64,000 nt of DNA from NCBI GenBank assembly GCA_965113315.1, contig OZ220368.1; one strand, given 5' to 3'. The notes beneath the pieces are model-generated. The model did not search any database. It was not told where the DNA came from and was given only the letters and a program-made list of their open reading frames with translations. Shown here one piece after another: positions 51,090 through 63,840 of the stretch. Source of the stretch: Podarcis vaucheri. Its lineage: Eukaryota. Each line of letters begins with the position of its first letter. The first letter of the stretch is position 1. Position numbers and translations under genes: made by a program.

Positions 51090-52731
51090 TGAAATGAAGG
51101 GTCGCTGTGTCCTTGTTTCAGAAGTGGGCATTCGGGGGGGAGGGGTAGTCCTGCCATTGGGTTGTGTGGCATTGCCTACTAAAGAGCAAAGTAGAGCTGG
51201 TTTGTGCCCTGGCTCCACTTTTGACCCAAACATGCATTTGGGGACCCCTTTCTTAACCCTTTCCACGTGTTTGCATGGTGGAGGTGCTCCTCTTGTGACC
51301 CACCTTGAATGCCAGTCTGGAAAATCCAGTTCACCTTTGCTAGGACTCAGCGCTAAAGAGTGGGCTTTCCCTGGGGAAAGTGGCAGGACAAGCGGAAGTC
51401 TGGATGAGCCCTAAGATTGGTCAACATCCCCTCCCACCGTAGCTTCTTTCCAAGAACTCAAAGTAGTTTGTATTTTAAGCAGAGTGAAAGATGGATGCAT
51501 GGGAGTAGGAAAACAGAAATGCTGTCCTGCGCAGACAGTACTAATCAGTGGGAAGCTGTTTTAAATGCTTTAGATGAACATTGGGCATTTCCCTTCTATC
51601 AGTACTATCAGTAGCATCACCTGGCATGAAGGGGTTCACTCAATAGTTTGATTTCCCATGGGTGAAGTATCCCCCCCCCCCCGTTGCAGCTGCGCAACTG
51701 CCCTTGTGATCCCAGGACATGATCTGAGTGCACCTGATGCAGCCACCTTGCAGAAACACAACAGGAATAGACTGCTCTGGACGCCCCACGAGATTCATCC
51801 GCTATAACAGCAGAGTCAAGGTCTTGGTGGATGCAGGCAATTTTATCCTCAAAATGTTTTGCAAACAATTCACATCAGCTACTGTTGGTTCCGCCACCTC
51901 CTCTGGGCCAGCCTGTAAAAGGCCCTGTCCAGTCTGAAAAAGTTCTGCCGGACGACATGATGAGGATGCCATGGAGGCTATTTTGCTGTCTTCCCTGCCA
52001 CTAGGGAGGCTCCATAATGAGCTCTTACCAGTGTTCGGTTGCATTCATTTGGATCTTTTCTCCACTTGCATTCAATATAGAGGAATGATTTTTGAAGTTA
52101 TTTGAGGTAAAATTGATATGTTTGATTAGAGAAAAACCATTGCTGACATTTATTAATAATAATAATTAGAGAACCCCTTTTGGATTTTGAGTGTGAAAAG
52201 AAAATGAACAAATTTGAGACATTTGGGTCTGATCATTGTGAAAATATTGCTTAACAGGAAGTAGAATAGTTGGATGTCATCCTAGAGTGAATGTTTTGAG
52301 TAATTTCTTTTATGTAAAGGCAGCAATCATTTTGTGTGTTTCCACTTGAAACACAACTGCTGTTGTGCGGGTCCTTTTGGACCCGGAAGAGGGCAGAACC
52401 CACATGCAAAATGGTTGCTGCCTGTAACTGACAAATGGAACATCAGAAGTCCTTTTTATTTTTATTTCTCCCCCCCCTTTAATTTCCCGTTTCCCTCCCC
52501 CCCCCTTTTCCTTTGGGTGTCCTCTGCTCTCGGTCGTCATTGGGCTGCAAGGATGACACACACATGAAGGTGATGGACACTGAGTGAAGGACGCAGGGAG
52601 GGGAAGATCTCTCAGGGTGGGAAGCTGGGAGAAAAAAGGAAAGCTGTAGGGTTAAGAGCTACCTTTGAGGGACACTCTGCATTTTCTTTTCTCTTTCTCT
52701 GTTTTCTTTCTCTCTTTTTGTTTTTTTTTTA

Positions 52732-52732
<1 letters not shown>

Positions 52733-52772
<40 letters not shown>
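52733..52772. repeat. (AAT)n microsatellite
   Basis: Direct reading. Confidence 0.95.
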
Positions 52773-53724
52773 GTACTTATACCCTGCCCATCTGACTCTG
52801 GGTGGCTTACAGCATATATAAAACATAATAAAATATTAAACATTAAAAACTTCCTGATACAGGACTCTTTTATCTTACTGTATTATGAAAAAGCTTCAGT
52901 AAAATCTGAAAGTAAAACCTTGAGCCGCCTGGTCCAGTAGCATATAGGCATCCAGTGCAGTTCCTTCCACAGTAGTGACATGTTGACGATGGGTCACACC
53001 CTGCAAAGCAATTACCTGCTGCACTTTGCACTAGCTGCAGCTTCTGAACTGGCCTTAAGGGCAGCCCAACCTAGAGTGCCATGGCAGTAGTCTAGTCTTG
53101 GAAGTTACCAAGGCATGCACCTCTGTGGCCAAGTTGTCCCAGTCCTGGAAAGAACGAGCCACTGCAGGCATGTGGGCCTTCAACACTCCCAGACTACAAA
53201 CCTGCCCTCCATTTGTAGCTCTCACGGGATTCGCAGCATAAAAATGCAAGATAAAAACACAAAATACACAATAAAAAAGAGCAAAACAAAACAAAGCCCC
53301 TTCCCCACCGCCAGAAACATATTTAAGAGGATATAGGATGTTGTAAGCCAAAGGCCAGCTTGAAGAGGAATGTTTTCGCCTTGCGCCTAAAGGTGTATAA
53401 AGAAGGTGCTGGGCTCCTCCTGAGCACATGAACCTGCAAAACAGATCAGAATGCAGTTTCAAGAAACTTTCCACCTTCACCCAACCAAACTGACCAAGAA
53501 CTTGTGCAGCTGATTCATATGTTGCAGAAAAACAGAGTTATGTGCCATCAGCATGCTGAGAACACCCCGCCCAAGTCCAAAGCCCATGGTTTCATATGGA
53601 AGAGTCTTGGGAACAACTGGCTTGGTGTGCTATTTCAGGGTGTGGAAGCCCGCTTTGAGCTGATGGTGATCTTGAGTGCCATGATTTTGGAGGGTCATGG
53701 CATCCTTTCCCCGTGCACTCAGGG

Positions 53725-54304
53725 CTATGGTTTCATCATAGCCTGCCCCTGTGGTGAACGCTGCATGGCCTTTTTGTGTCCAAATATCTCCTGGAGACTC
53801 AGTTCCTTTTCCCAGGCAGGAGCGTTCTTGTGGCGAATGTAGCGGGCTTTCCTAGCTTCCGCATAAGACTTTAGGAAATCTGGCCTGGCATACATGGTCC
53901 TGAGGCGTCCATCTGCTGCATAGGCCTCTGGATCCATGATCAGCCTCTCAGGCCCAAGGGAAGGCCTTCGCTGCCCTGGGAGAGTCACGAGCTTTGTGCC
54001 CTTGGCCCCAGCAGCAGCTCTGCTCTCCTTCTCTGCAGGCCCTTCCCCTTGGCCCTCGGTTCCATCTGCTTCCTCTCCCTCCCCAGCCTCTGAGGAGATG
54101 CACAGCTGCTTGGCGATGGAGTCCTGTAGGGTGACGATGTCCCTGTCAGCAGTGGTGTTTGGGTCTGTGACATTCAAGGGGGGCAAGTGCCCTTTTCTGT
54201 CCTCTTCATTTCTTGCGACATCACCATCAGGCTTCTGTAGATACAAGGAAGGCTGGCTTGTCCCCGGAAAGCCTCCTGCCTTGGCCACTGTTTTCCTCTT
54301 GGAT
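53725..54304 (-). CDS. CCDC190: CCDC190 (C1orf110) last coding exon
   Basis: Minus-strand acceptor cttttcttctag|A, phase 2. The C-terminal motif RTMYARPDFLKSYAEARKARYIRHK...LSLQEIF matches the family. Synteny DDR2-HSD17B7-CCDC190. Confidence 0.88.
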
Positions 54305-55453
54305 CTAGAAGAAAAGAGGGAGAGTCACACAGCCCTGGCCTAAGCAGGGAGGTTTCAGTTCCCCACTGCACGGAGTATAAAGAAACTGCAACCGCCTCAG
54401 TGGCCTGGAAGTCCATGGGCTTCTGAGGGCAAAGTGCAGCCTCTAATTGGCAGGTCTAACCCTAAATTGGAGTGTTTCCTCATATCTTTTTTGAAGTGGA
54501 AAGAGTGAATGTGTTTGCGAACATGTTATCAGGCAAGTGCCCTCACGAGAATGCCAAGATTTGGCTGCTGCTTCTTGTTCAGTGTTCATAGTTTGCTGTG
54601 ACAATGTGGAATAGGGAGGAGGCTGCTGCTACTTTGCATGAGGCAAAGATTACGCAGTGACTCTGCCTCCATCCTCCATTTACACTTCCAGTCGAGGTTT
54701 TGAAGGCTTTGTTCTGTCTCCACAGTCAGAGACAGTTCAGGTGGTAGTCAGTTAACTAATTGTGCTCACACAAGGATTATTGCTGGCACAACAGGACTTT
54801 CCCCACTCTGCACATATCCTGCACTGTTACCAAATCTGTTCCAGAGATTTAGAACAGATTCAGGGGGTACACATGGGAGGAGAGGAGGAGAACCAGAGAC
54901 AGCCCAATACATTTCCCTGCCTGAGGCAAACCAGAAAATGGCAACCCGTGGGAATCCTGGGAACTGTAGTTTGTTCAGTGTGCATGGATAGCAAATATCA
55001 GACTCAGGGACCAGGTGCAGCCCTCCAGGTCGCTCTGCTGGGACTCAAGCCACCCCCTTCTCCAGTCCTTCTTTGCACCCGTCATAAGCGTTTTTGACTG
55101 ATGCACCCCTCCAAAAACATGCCGCCTCTTTCCATTCCCCTGACTGACTTCTCTCTCGCCTTTGCACCATGGCTAACTGGCTGGAGGCTGAAGCTGCTCT
55201 CTAGCAAAGCTGAGAGGGAGCATGTCTGTCAGGAGGCAGTCATTTGATAGAGATATGGAAAGGAAGGGCTAGTATGGTGCCGTGAAATGGGGAGACATTC
55301 TGTGGTAAAACAAGGCTGCTGAAATGGAAGAGGAAAATGGGCGGCAGATGCAATGCTCATGAAATGAGAATAAAACTTGGATTTCCATTCCTTAGACACA
55401 TGCATGGCATTTTAGGAGCCCAGATGTGAAGTTCTCCTGACAGACACCCTTAC

Positions 55454-55571
55454 CGCTGTGCCTCATCTTGGAATTTGCTGTAATCCCGTCCTGCCTGTGG
55501 CGACAGGAGTGGAAGAGCCAGTTTTATGCTTCTGTGTCCAGGGCCCACTGAAAGCTTCTGCTTGGAGCGAC
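55454..55571 (-). CDS. CCDC190: CCDC190 middle coding exon (SRSKQKLSVGPGHRSIKLALPLLSPQAGRDYSKFQDEAQR)
   Basis: ttctcccaag|GT acceptor, CG|gtaagg donor, 118 nt. Phases 1 and 2 exactly bridge the flanking exons, and the frame is open. Confidence 0.8.
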
Positions 55572-56380
55572 CTTGGGAGAAAAGGAGCAGGCTGGTTATC
55601 AGGATCCTCCCTGCATTAAAAGTCCCCAAACAGGGACTTTGGAGTCAATCTAGATCAAGCATTGTCAACATGGTACCATCCAGATTCTGTGGGCTGCTGG
55701 ATAGGGTTATAGGGGTTGTAACTCAAAACATGTGGGGTGCCCCACATTGGCTGCCCCTGCTCTACACAGGAGATGCATGAATGATTTGTGATTGTTTTAA
55801 CTGAAGAACAGCTGGGAGGAGGCTGTCAATTTCAACAAAGGAACAGAATGGGACAGAATTAATCCTGTCTTGATGTTTGTCTACTCAAAATGGCTTCCCC
55901 AAATTGCTTTTCACCCTGAAAGGAAGATTCTTTCATCAACTGGGCTGCATCTGAGTCAAAGAAGGGTGGGGAAAGGCTGTTTACCAAGGAGGATGGGGGT
56001 CATTTTCTGGCACTGAACTGCAACCAGTGTGCCCTATGACGAGGGTCTGATTAGGTCATTAGGACCATATTGATTGATGTTCTAAGTCATGGGGAACAAC
56101 TTGCATAGAATGGGCAGTCTCAGATGGGCAAAGATGCCATCTCCACTCTACATCCAAAAGATGCACCCAGCCAATTCAGTGGAAGAATATGCAACCCCAT
56201 TGGCACACATGAAAGCCTGCTTCTTCCCTTCCTGGATCAGGGCATCTGTGGCCTTCCAAGGGTAATCTTGGTGGCAGGGGTCAAATTCTGCACCAAATTA
56301 ATTCCAACTGCAGAATTCCTGCTTTCAAAAAGTGACTTTGCCGTTGCATTAGGTGAAAGAAGAAGGAAACAGCTCCTCAC

Positions 56381-56555
56381 TCTTCTGCATTCTCATGAGC
56401 TCCTGCTGGAGTCTCCGCTGCTCCTTCATCATTGAATTCAAATAGGAGAGGCGGGCTTCTTCTAAATGCTGCAGTCCGCGGATGAGCCTGGCCTCTGCCC
56501 TCTTGCCATCCTGCCTCTCGGCCTCCCAGCGCCTGGAGGTCTCCCCACCTGCCAT
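56381..56555 (-). CDS. CCDC190: CCDC190 first coding exon (MAGGETSRRWEAERQDGKRAEARL...EQRRLQQELMRMQK)
   Basis: Coiled-coil N-terminus like human ERKNAKQAEARL...EQRQLQKEL. A|gtgagg donor. An acceptor near 56606 implies an upstream exon, so the start codon is not certain. Confidence 0.87.
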
Positions 56556-59500
56556 GTCTGTCTTTAGTCCCAGAGAGAGAAAGGCTTCCTGGCACCCCTG
56601 GAGAATCTGAAAAAGATTTAGCAAGGTCAGCCCCACATCCTCTTTCCCTCAAGATAGCTGCATATCTCCCAGCTGTCCAATTAACAGCCCAGCATTTGCA
56701 TAGAATTTATGAATGTTGCGATTAAACATGTCAGGCAAATTTATCCTCCACTACTGAGACATTATTTTTGTACAAGAATAGCCCACTTATGTGCATTCTA
56801 CTTGCACATGACTGCATATATTTGTGGTGCCGGGAAATAATTAAATAAATAGAATCGTACCAGGAATTTGTGGGAGAGCTGGAGAGTCTCCGTCAGTGAG
56901 GGCAGAGGAAGTCCCAAAGAGACCAGAGGCACAGTGGGGCTTTGTTTAGGCTCCTCAGCCTCCCCACCTAGGAGCTGATGAGCAGGGTAGTGCAGCAGCA
57001 GCCACTTTTCTGCAGCCAGTCCCGAAACTTCAACTCTAGTTAAAGAGAGCGTTGTGGAGAGAGAGCGCTGGAGAGCAGGAGAAAACAGACATTTAAAGGC
57101 TTGTTAGAGGGTGCTCCCCACTTTACACAATTTCACTTATGTGTGCAGGGGCCCAGAACGTAACCCCGACATAAGTGGGGAGATGCCTCTATTTGTGGGG
57201 TGCCCAAATCTTGTTTAAAAATTTGGATCCCATCAGAAGTTGCCTCATTACAGCAGAACAAGCAACATTAATCTGAACAGGTCTAGGCTCACATTCGGAG
57301 TGGTCTCAGGGATCTCCTGTGATTCTGTCCACACTCGGGGCTCATCCAGACTTCCTCTTGGGCTGTATTTCTATGGAAAGGTGAGGGCTGGGCTTTAAAG
57401 CTCTGTGTCCAAGTGTGTGTTTATTTGGAGCTGGCGCTCTCCCTGGGAAAATCTGCGTGGTACTGCTGAAGCTGGGCAGACGGCAACCGGGTTTTCCTCA
57501 GTGGGACTTACTTCTGAAAAAACATGCAGAGAATCAGGCTGTGAACTGGGCCGCGTGGGGTCAGGCGCTCCCAAAGATCTGAAAGAGAAAGGGAACAATC
57601 CTGGAATTGCCAAACCCTTAACAGGGGGCCTCCGTTTGTTGTGTTACGCAGATGGTGTTGCTATGAGAAGGGCTGTTACCTAAGCCATAGTTAACACATT
57701 AGGTGAACTCTGTTCTGGAAGGCTAAAAAGTAAATCTTGCTGTTGACATACCCCTTTTAATGCGTGAGTAAACAGTGCAGAACTTGCTACACCTATAACT
57801 TCCTTAAGTTATTCACTCCTATGCCTCCAGTGTAAAGGAGCAGAGTCCTGAAGCTTTTCATGGGTTGTGAACGCTAGAAAGAGATCCAGTAGTGGATGCT
57901 AGACTATGCCTTGACTCTTGGCTACGTTATTCCTTCAGCTGCCCAGGGGCATTGCTGTACAGAATTTCAAAAATGCCACTATTCCGTCCCAGAAGATGTG
58001 CAATGTCTGTTGTGTGAGTCGCATAGGAACGGGGGAGGGTTGAGATGAAGAACTCTGGGATTGGTTAAGGAAGAGGCGAGTGGCCTGGCTGCAGTGGAGC
58101 AGGGAAAGTGGATCAGGCCAGCTGACCTGTGCCAGTGTAAAACTAAGCCACCCAAAGTCCTCTTTGCATCCAAAGAAAGATGGTGCAACATTAGGTTTCT
58201 TGGGTTTCTCTCAGGAGAACAGTGTTTCTTCCTGTTCCTTTAATGCTCCTATCAAAGAGGAAAATTTCTAATCCCTGCAATGGCAAGCTGCAAATACCGT
58301 AATGGCCCACACAGCTATGAAGCCCTGTCCTCCTTGGCCCCCTGGCCTTGGCACACACCCTGCAAGGGCCCCTGCCAACACACAAGAGAAGAAATGCTGG
58401 AGAACAGCAGCAGCACTTACAGTTGAAGGATTCGTCCTGTGATTCTCTTTTGCTCAGGATGACAGGGACCCTGAGGCTAGTTGCGGAATTCCAGGCACAA
58501 TCCACAGAGCAAAGAAAGGCTGATCATGTTAAAAGCCAGCAATAAATTTCTGTTTCTGTCTTTTGCTTGCTCTTCCCCAAGGAACGCATGGCGGTGGGGA
58601 ATCCAGAAAGCTCCTGAAATCCTGAACAGTAGACCCAAATCTTCCCACAATGGAGGCTGCTTGCAGGGCAAGTGAGAGCCGCATGCTGCCAGTGCTGCGT
58701 GAAAACTCCGCTGCTGCCGGCTCTACTACATGGATTTGGCTTGTTGCCTAGTAGGCGGAGGCAAAGAACAGGGCAGCTCCTTGACTCAGGGGAGCAGCCC
58801 CCGTGAAACTGCTCTGCAAATAAGAAACAGACATGTGATGTGGAATCATCACTCAGGAAGGGTCTTTGCAGTCGATACAAAGCAGCACACATTTATTTTC
58901 TTAGAGGAAAACATAATACATAAAGTAAAGCACTAAAGTAGTGATATGTCAGCCTGGGCTGTTCTGACAATATCTTCTCCCCATACAATGGAGGGGAGAT
59001 TTTCCTTGTTGTGGGGCCTTGGGGGAGAGAGAACTGTGTTGCAGGGAGATAACTGATTACCCTTTCAGAGATATTCCTCCCTTGGAAATGCTCTCCCCTA
59101 GCTCTCTTCCTTTACAAAGCAGCATGCACAGGTGAGCTCCCTTCTGGGCTCTCTTCCCATTACAGGTGTCTGTTTTGATGCTCCAGGCGAGAACAAAAAA
59201 CTAAAAAGAAAAAAGGTTTGCAAGACTGAGCAAAATCTGCAAGAATGAGAGGAGCTCTGCCATTGCCTGCTATTTTTCAGCTTTGTAAAAGGCTAAAAAT
59301 AGCATGCTTTGGTAAGTGTGTCACCTGCCCCCAACACTAATTATTATCTCATTTTATTTTGAAGCTGTGAAAAAGCCAGAAATCTTGATACCTGGAGGCT
59401 TTTGCAAGCGACTCTATAGCTTTTTCTCCTACAAAAATTCCTACCCCACAATCTATTGCATGCAAAGTACAGTGACTACTGGCAACTAAATTGACACAGC

Positions 59501-61418
59501 AATCTGCGCAAACGCAGACAAACATGCAAGTATACATACATACAAACAAAACATCATGCACACAAGGTAATCTTACTCAAAGGATTAACCCCACTCCCCT
59601 GCCAAAATCACATTACTTGAAAACTTTCCCCACCATCAGAGACTCCAAGAGGGAGTTCCAAGGAACCCTTAGGGACTTGATTTATTCTGGAGAATTCATT
59701 TGGAGCCTAGTTAGCAAGCAAATCTTCAGTCTAAGCCCACAAGCAAGCCAAAGGTAATTAAGAACGTCAGCCCAAAGATAGCTATTGTGTTAGGAAAGCC
59801 TAGCAACAAGAAACCAAGAGACTTGTTGGCTCCCAGACCTGCTTTCCCTGGTCCCCTCCAGAGATTAAGAGAAATCTCAGAGTGCTGCAAGGACACGGTT
59901 CCAGAGCCAGCTCTGAAGTGAACAGCTTCATGCAGCACAATAAAGTGTGCGTGTGTAACAAATGAAGACAGGAATTGATGTCTGAGGTGGTGTGAGGGGG
60001 GGGGGCATCATTTGGGCTGGCACTGGAAGGTCTCTGACATTACGGGAGGAAATGGTAGCAGGTTCCAATTGGCAAATTACCGCTAACATACAGAGACATT
60101 TACTGGGGCATTATCTTCCTCAGCAATAGTTGGATGACGTGCTGGGAGTGCTGGGCGTACATCCCTCCATGATGCTGTGGGGCCAGACCAGGGCCTGAAC
60201 CCAAATCCAGTCTTAGAGACCTAATGTATTTCAGGTGATTTTGTGAGCGCATAGAGAGAGGAGGGGCAGGCAGGCAGGCAAGGGCTGCTGTGGTGCCGTC
60301 TACTATGTTCCATGCATGAAGATGCAGAGCTACAGAAAGACAAGCCTCACAAGTTTCTGATATCAGTAGGCTTTCCCCATCTCACTGAGGAAACATGAGA
60401 CCTGTCCATAGAAATTAATGGGGAAATCAAAGATTTTACTGCATGTGCAACTGGGAAGTGTCTCCCCCCACTGCTGGCAAAAAGCAAAACAAAAACAGCA
60501 GCAGAGACAAGGTCCCTACACTTTCTAAATGCGGTCTTGCTGTTGGGGGAGGGATATTTTCATGAGTTCTTTCTTGCACATTTAAAAGTGCAACCCATCT
60601 GCATGCGACTGAACAAAGCACAAGGCTCCTGCCTGCATGGGCGCAGCCTTAAATCAATAAAAATCAATATAAATCTTAGGTTCTCCCCCCCCCCAACAAA
60701 AGTCTGCCCTCCGTAACAAAAACCCCGGCTATGCCCATGTCTGTATGTGATGAAAAGCAATGTTTTTATGTGAAATATGAGCTGACTTAGAAAGAGCAGG
60801 ACTTCCTCTGTTTACTGCTTCCATTTGTTTGTGGGGCGTCCAGACAGGCAGCTACACTGAAATCTTTGGCTATGTGGCATCTGAATATAGACTGCATTTT
60901 TAATCAAGGCTTATATTGGCTTATATCTTGATCAGGTTCCTAAAATTAAATGGGCTTAGATTTTCAAAAGTTTCATGCCAGGCAGAAGACCAGCAGCTCA
61001 CAGAACCTTGGTAATGTTTTCCTCCCAGACAAGGGGCCCCTTGATTGATAGCAGAAAACAATTCTCAAAGTCGTAAAAGCTGAAATTACAGACTGAGAAC
61101 GGACACTGACCCTACATGTTATAAAAAGGGCAGAGACCAAACATAATTAGGAATGGGTAAATAGTAAATAAAACCATTAAACTTGAGCCACAGGACAAAA
61201 GGCCAAGGGCACATGGGAAAAGCAGCTGGCTGGAGAAGGGGGGAGAGTGTGAAAAGGGGAAGAGGCTTTTTTCTCCTATTTTATTTTGAGGCTGTAAACT
61301 GTTTCTTCCTTTTTACTTTGAGGAAGTTTATCCTTTTAAAAGGCTACCTATGTTATGTATTAAATATATTGTCTTAAATGTAATTATTAAGAAATGCTAG
61401 ATTCTTATTTCATATAGT

Positions 61419-61997
61419 TGTAAGAGTGGTAATTAAGTCAGTCACCAGTCTAGCCCCCCTTGTCAGATAAGAGACGCCATTCAAGCAGCCCTGATATATT
61501 AGTTGTCAGATATTTGTTTAGAAACCTTCAAATGAAGGAGATCTTTCAATGTTGATGTGAAACTCAAGATCCTTGACATATGTTTAAGATAAAAATTATT
61601 AACCATCTGTTTTGGAGGGCAAGGAAGGCAAGAGACACATGTAAGATATATTACTACTTATTTGTCATTTATAGATGTAACAATATATAGCTCTTTGTGT
61701 TCCATATAAGGACAGGAGGATATGGGTGTATCTCTTAGAATTAATTATAGTAATCAGCCAATAGGAAATCCAACCAGGCTGATTGAACAGAGGCAGCCAC
61801 AGGAGGAGCAAAGGGGGCTGGATTAAGGGAATATAAGTGCTGGCCATAATGGCAGGAGGCCAGGCCAGAGCTTGGTAACCATATACCACTGTGCCTCTTA
61901 TTTATTTGTCTGACAAATAAATTATTTTTTTAATTTCTCTGTTGCTGCGTTGAATATTTCATTCCAGCTAAGCGTTAACCACAAGCAGGGTGCTACA
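61419..61997 (+). mobile_element. 5' LTR of a gamma-like endogenous retrovirus
   Basis: TGTAAG...GCTACA termini (5' boundary inferred). CCAAT at 61758, TATAAG at 61832, AATAAA at 61916. Immediately followed by the PBS. Confidence 0.8.
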
Positions 61998-62002
61998 TTT
62001 TA

Positions 62003-62021
62003 TGGTGCCTGCGACTCGGAT
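62003..62021 (+). other. Primer-binding site, tRNA-His type
   Basis: TGGTGCCTGCGACTCGGAT versus the His PBS TGGTGCCGTGACTCGGAT (one insertion, one substitution). Major splice donor AGG|GTAAGT at 62217. Confidence 0.85.
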
Positions 62022-62513
62022 AAGTGGTCTGCTGGAACGCAGCCCCTTCGCCTTACTGGACGGGGTACAAGAGAGAAGACAACTGATTGCCTACCCAGCG
62101 CGCACTGGAAAAATTTTTTCCAGGGGAACGCAGCAGTCTCGTCTGTCTGATACCCTGCCCACTGACGGCGACGGACCGGGGGGGAACCAGAGAAATAAAC
62201 AGGGAACCAGCTAAGGGTAAGTGCACTAAGGGGTTTTGGCCCTCCAATTAATTGGGAGGAAGAGAAGTCCTGATCAAACTTCTGCGTCTCAGTAAAGGGG
62301 AACTGAGTACGCTAGGTGGCTGGGTACATCAGATGGTGATCTGGTGTAGGGAAAAGGGAAGATTGGGAGGTAGAGTATGGTTGAAGTATCTGGCGCATTG
62401 CATGTGTGAGAAAGTACAATGTGTAGCTGACCTAAGTGTGGAGTGAGTACTACTTCGTTTCCCAGTAAGGTGTGTGTGTGAGTGACTGAGTGGATACTTC
62501 ACAGGGCCATACA

Positions 62514-63838
62514 ATGGGAGTTGGGGGTTCAAAGGGGGGAAATACACCTTTTGAATGTATGTTAAATAATTTTAAGAAAGCCTTCTCAGGGGCATATGGA
62601 GTCAAAATGACGCCAGAACGCCTGAGAACGTTATGTGAATTAGAGTGGCCGAAACAAAATACTGGATGGCCATCTCAAGGAACCTTTGATATAAATTTAG
62701 TAAGCAAACTTTGGCCTAACATCGCCAAAGAAACTGGAGGGTGCCCAGAACAATTTTCATATATAGATTCCTGGCTGAGCACATTAAATAAAAATCCTCC
62801 ATGGATAAGGGAATGCAAAGTCCAACGATGCAAATTATTGGCTGTAAAAGCCGAAGCTAGGAAAGGAATCTTGCCAAATAAACTCAAACCCATTTTTGAG
62901 GGACCAGAGGAAGAGGTGCTTCTATCTCCACCCTATGCTCCACATCGAAGGGAGCCTAATTCAAACCCTCCACCAGTTGTAACCCCAAGGCAAGAAAGTG
63001 GAACGAATAATGGGGGTGGAGTCACAGAACTTGATTCCTTGATAGATTATGATAAATATCTTCAGGAGGCATTGGAGTCCTATAATAAAGCCCAAGCAGA
63101 AGTGGTTATTCCACCTGTGAGTCCCAGTAGAACTCCATCTACAGTCTCTTTTAGTGGAATAACTGATTGCCCACCCCAAACCCCTGTACATCCAAGTCCT
63201 AGAGAATTATTACAGAAGTTACAGGGAGACCTTTATTGGTCAGCAAGCAATACAGCCAGGCGTATAAAGCTGCTAAAAGAACGCCTTGGGACAGATACCA
63301 TCCCCTATGATTTGAGGCCCCTAGAGCAAAGCGAAGAGAAAGGTCACGTAGTAGCCCCTCTTAGAAGGGTATTTGATGCACTTGAGGAGCCTGTGCTGGT
63401 TAATGGGCAACCCGGACCACGGCCACCTCGAACTTCGATCCTCCAGTACATTCCATTCACAACTACGGATCTGATGAATTGGAAAACACCCCATCTTTCT
63501 CAGAAAAACCTCGGGCTATGATGGACTTGGTGACTTCAATAGTAAATACTCATAGTCCTACTTGGACAGATTGTCGCCAGCTCCTGAATACTCTCTTCAC
63601 CACTGAGGAAAGGAGAGACATAATTGAAAAGGCACAGATATATTTGCGTGAGCAGGCCAGAGTGGGAAATATTTATAATATTGACCGTCATCTCCAGGAC
63701 AACTTTCCCTTGGAAGATCCTAATTGGGATCCAAACAATGCAATTCACCTGGCCAGGCTTACCACCTACTGCCAGATGCTTGTGCAAGGTATCTGCAGGG
63801 CATGCCAGAAGCCCACTAATATGTCTAAAGTCTCAGGA
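62514..63838 (+). pseudogene. gag: ERV gag (MA, p12-like, N-terminal CA), frameshifted near 63487 and truncated before the MHR
   Basis: MGVGGS myristoylation signal; RLRTLCELEWP...GWPSQGTFD matrix motif; SPPY; CA begins PLR at 63357; YIPFTTTDLMNWK / PSFSEKP; HSPTWTDCRQLLNTLFTTEER; PNWDPN; PTNMSKV. Confidence 0.93.
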
Positions 63839-63840
63839 GG

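Noticed and set aside
62155-62180. GACG tetraloop packaging hairpins in the ERV leader
   Set aside because: GACG occurs twice, but the flanking bases do not form convincing stems.
63475-63500. Programmed -1 frameshift within gag
   Set aside because: There is no in-frame X XXY YYZ heptamer, and the shift falls inside CA. A small deletion or sequencing error is more likely.
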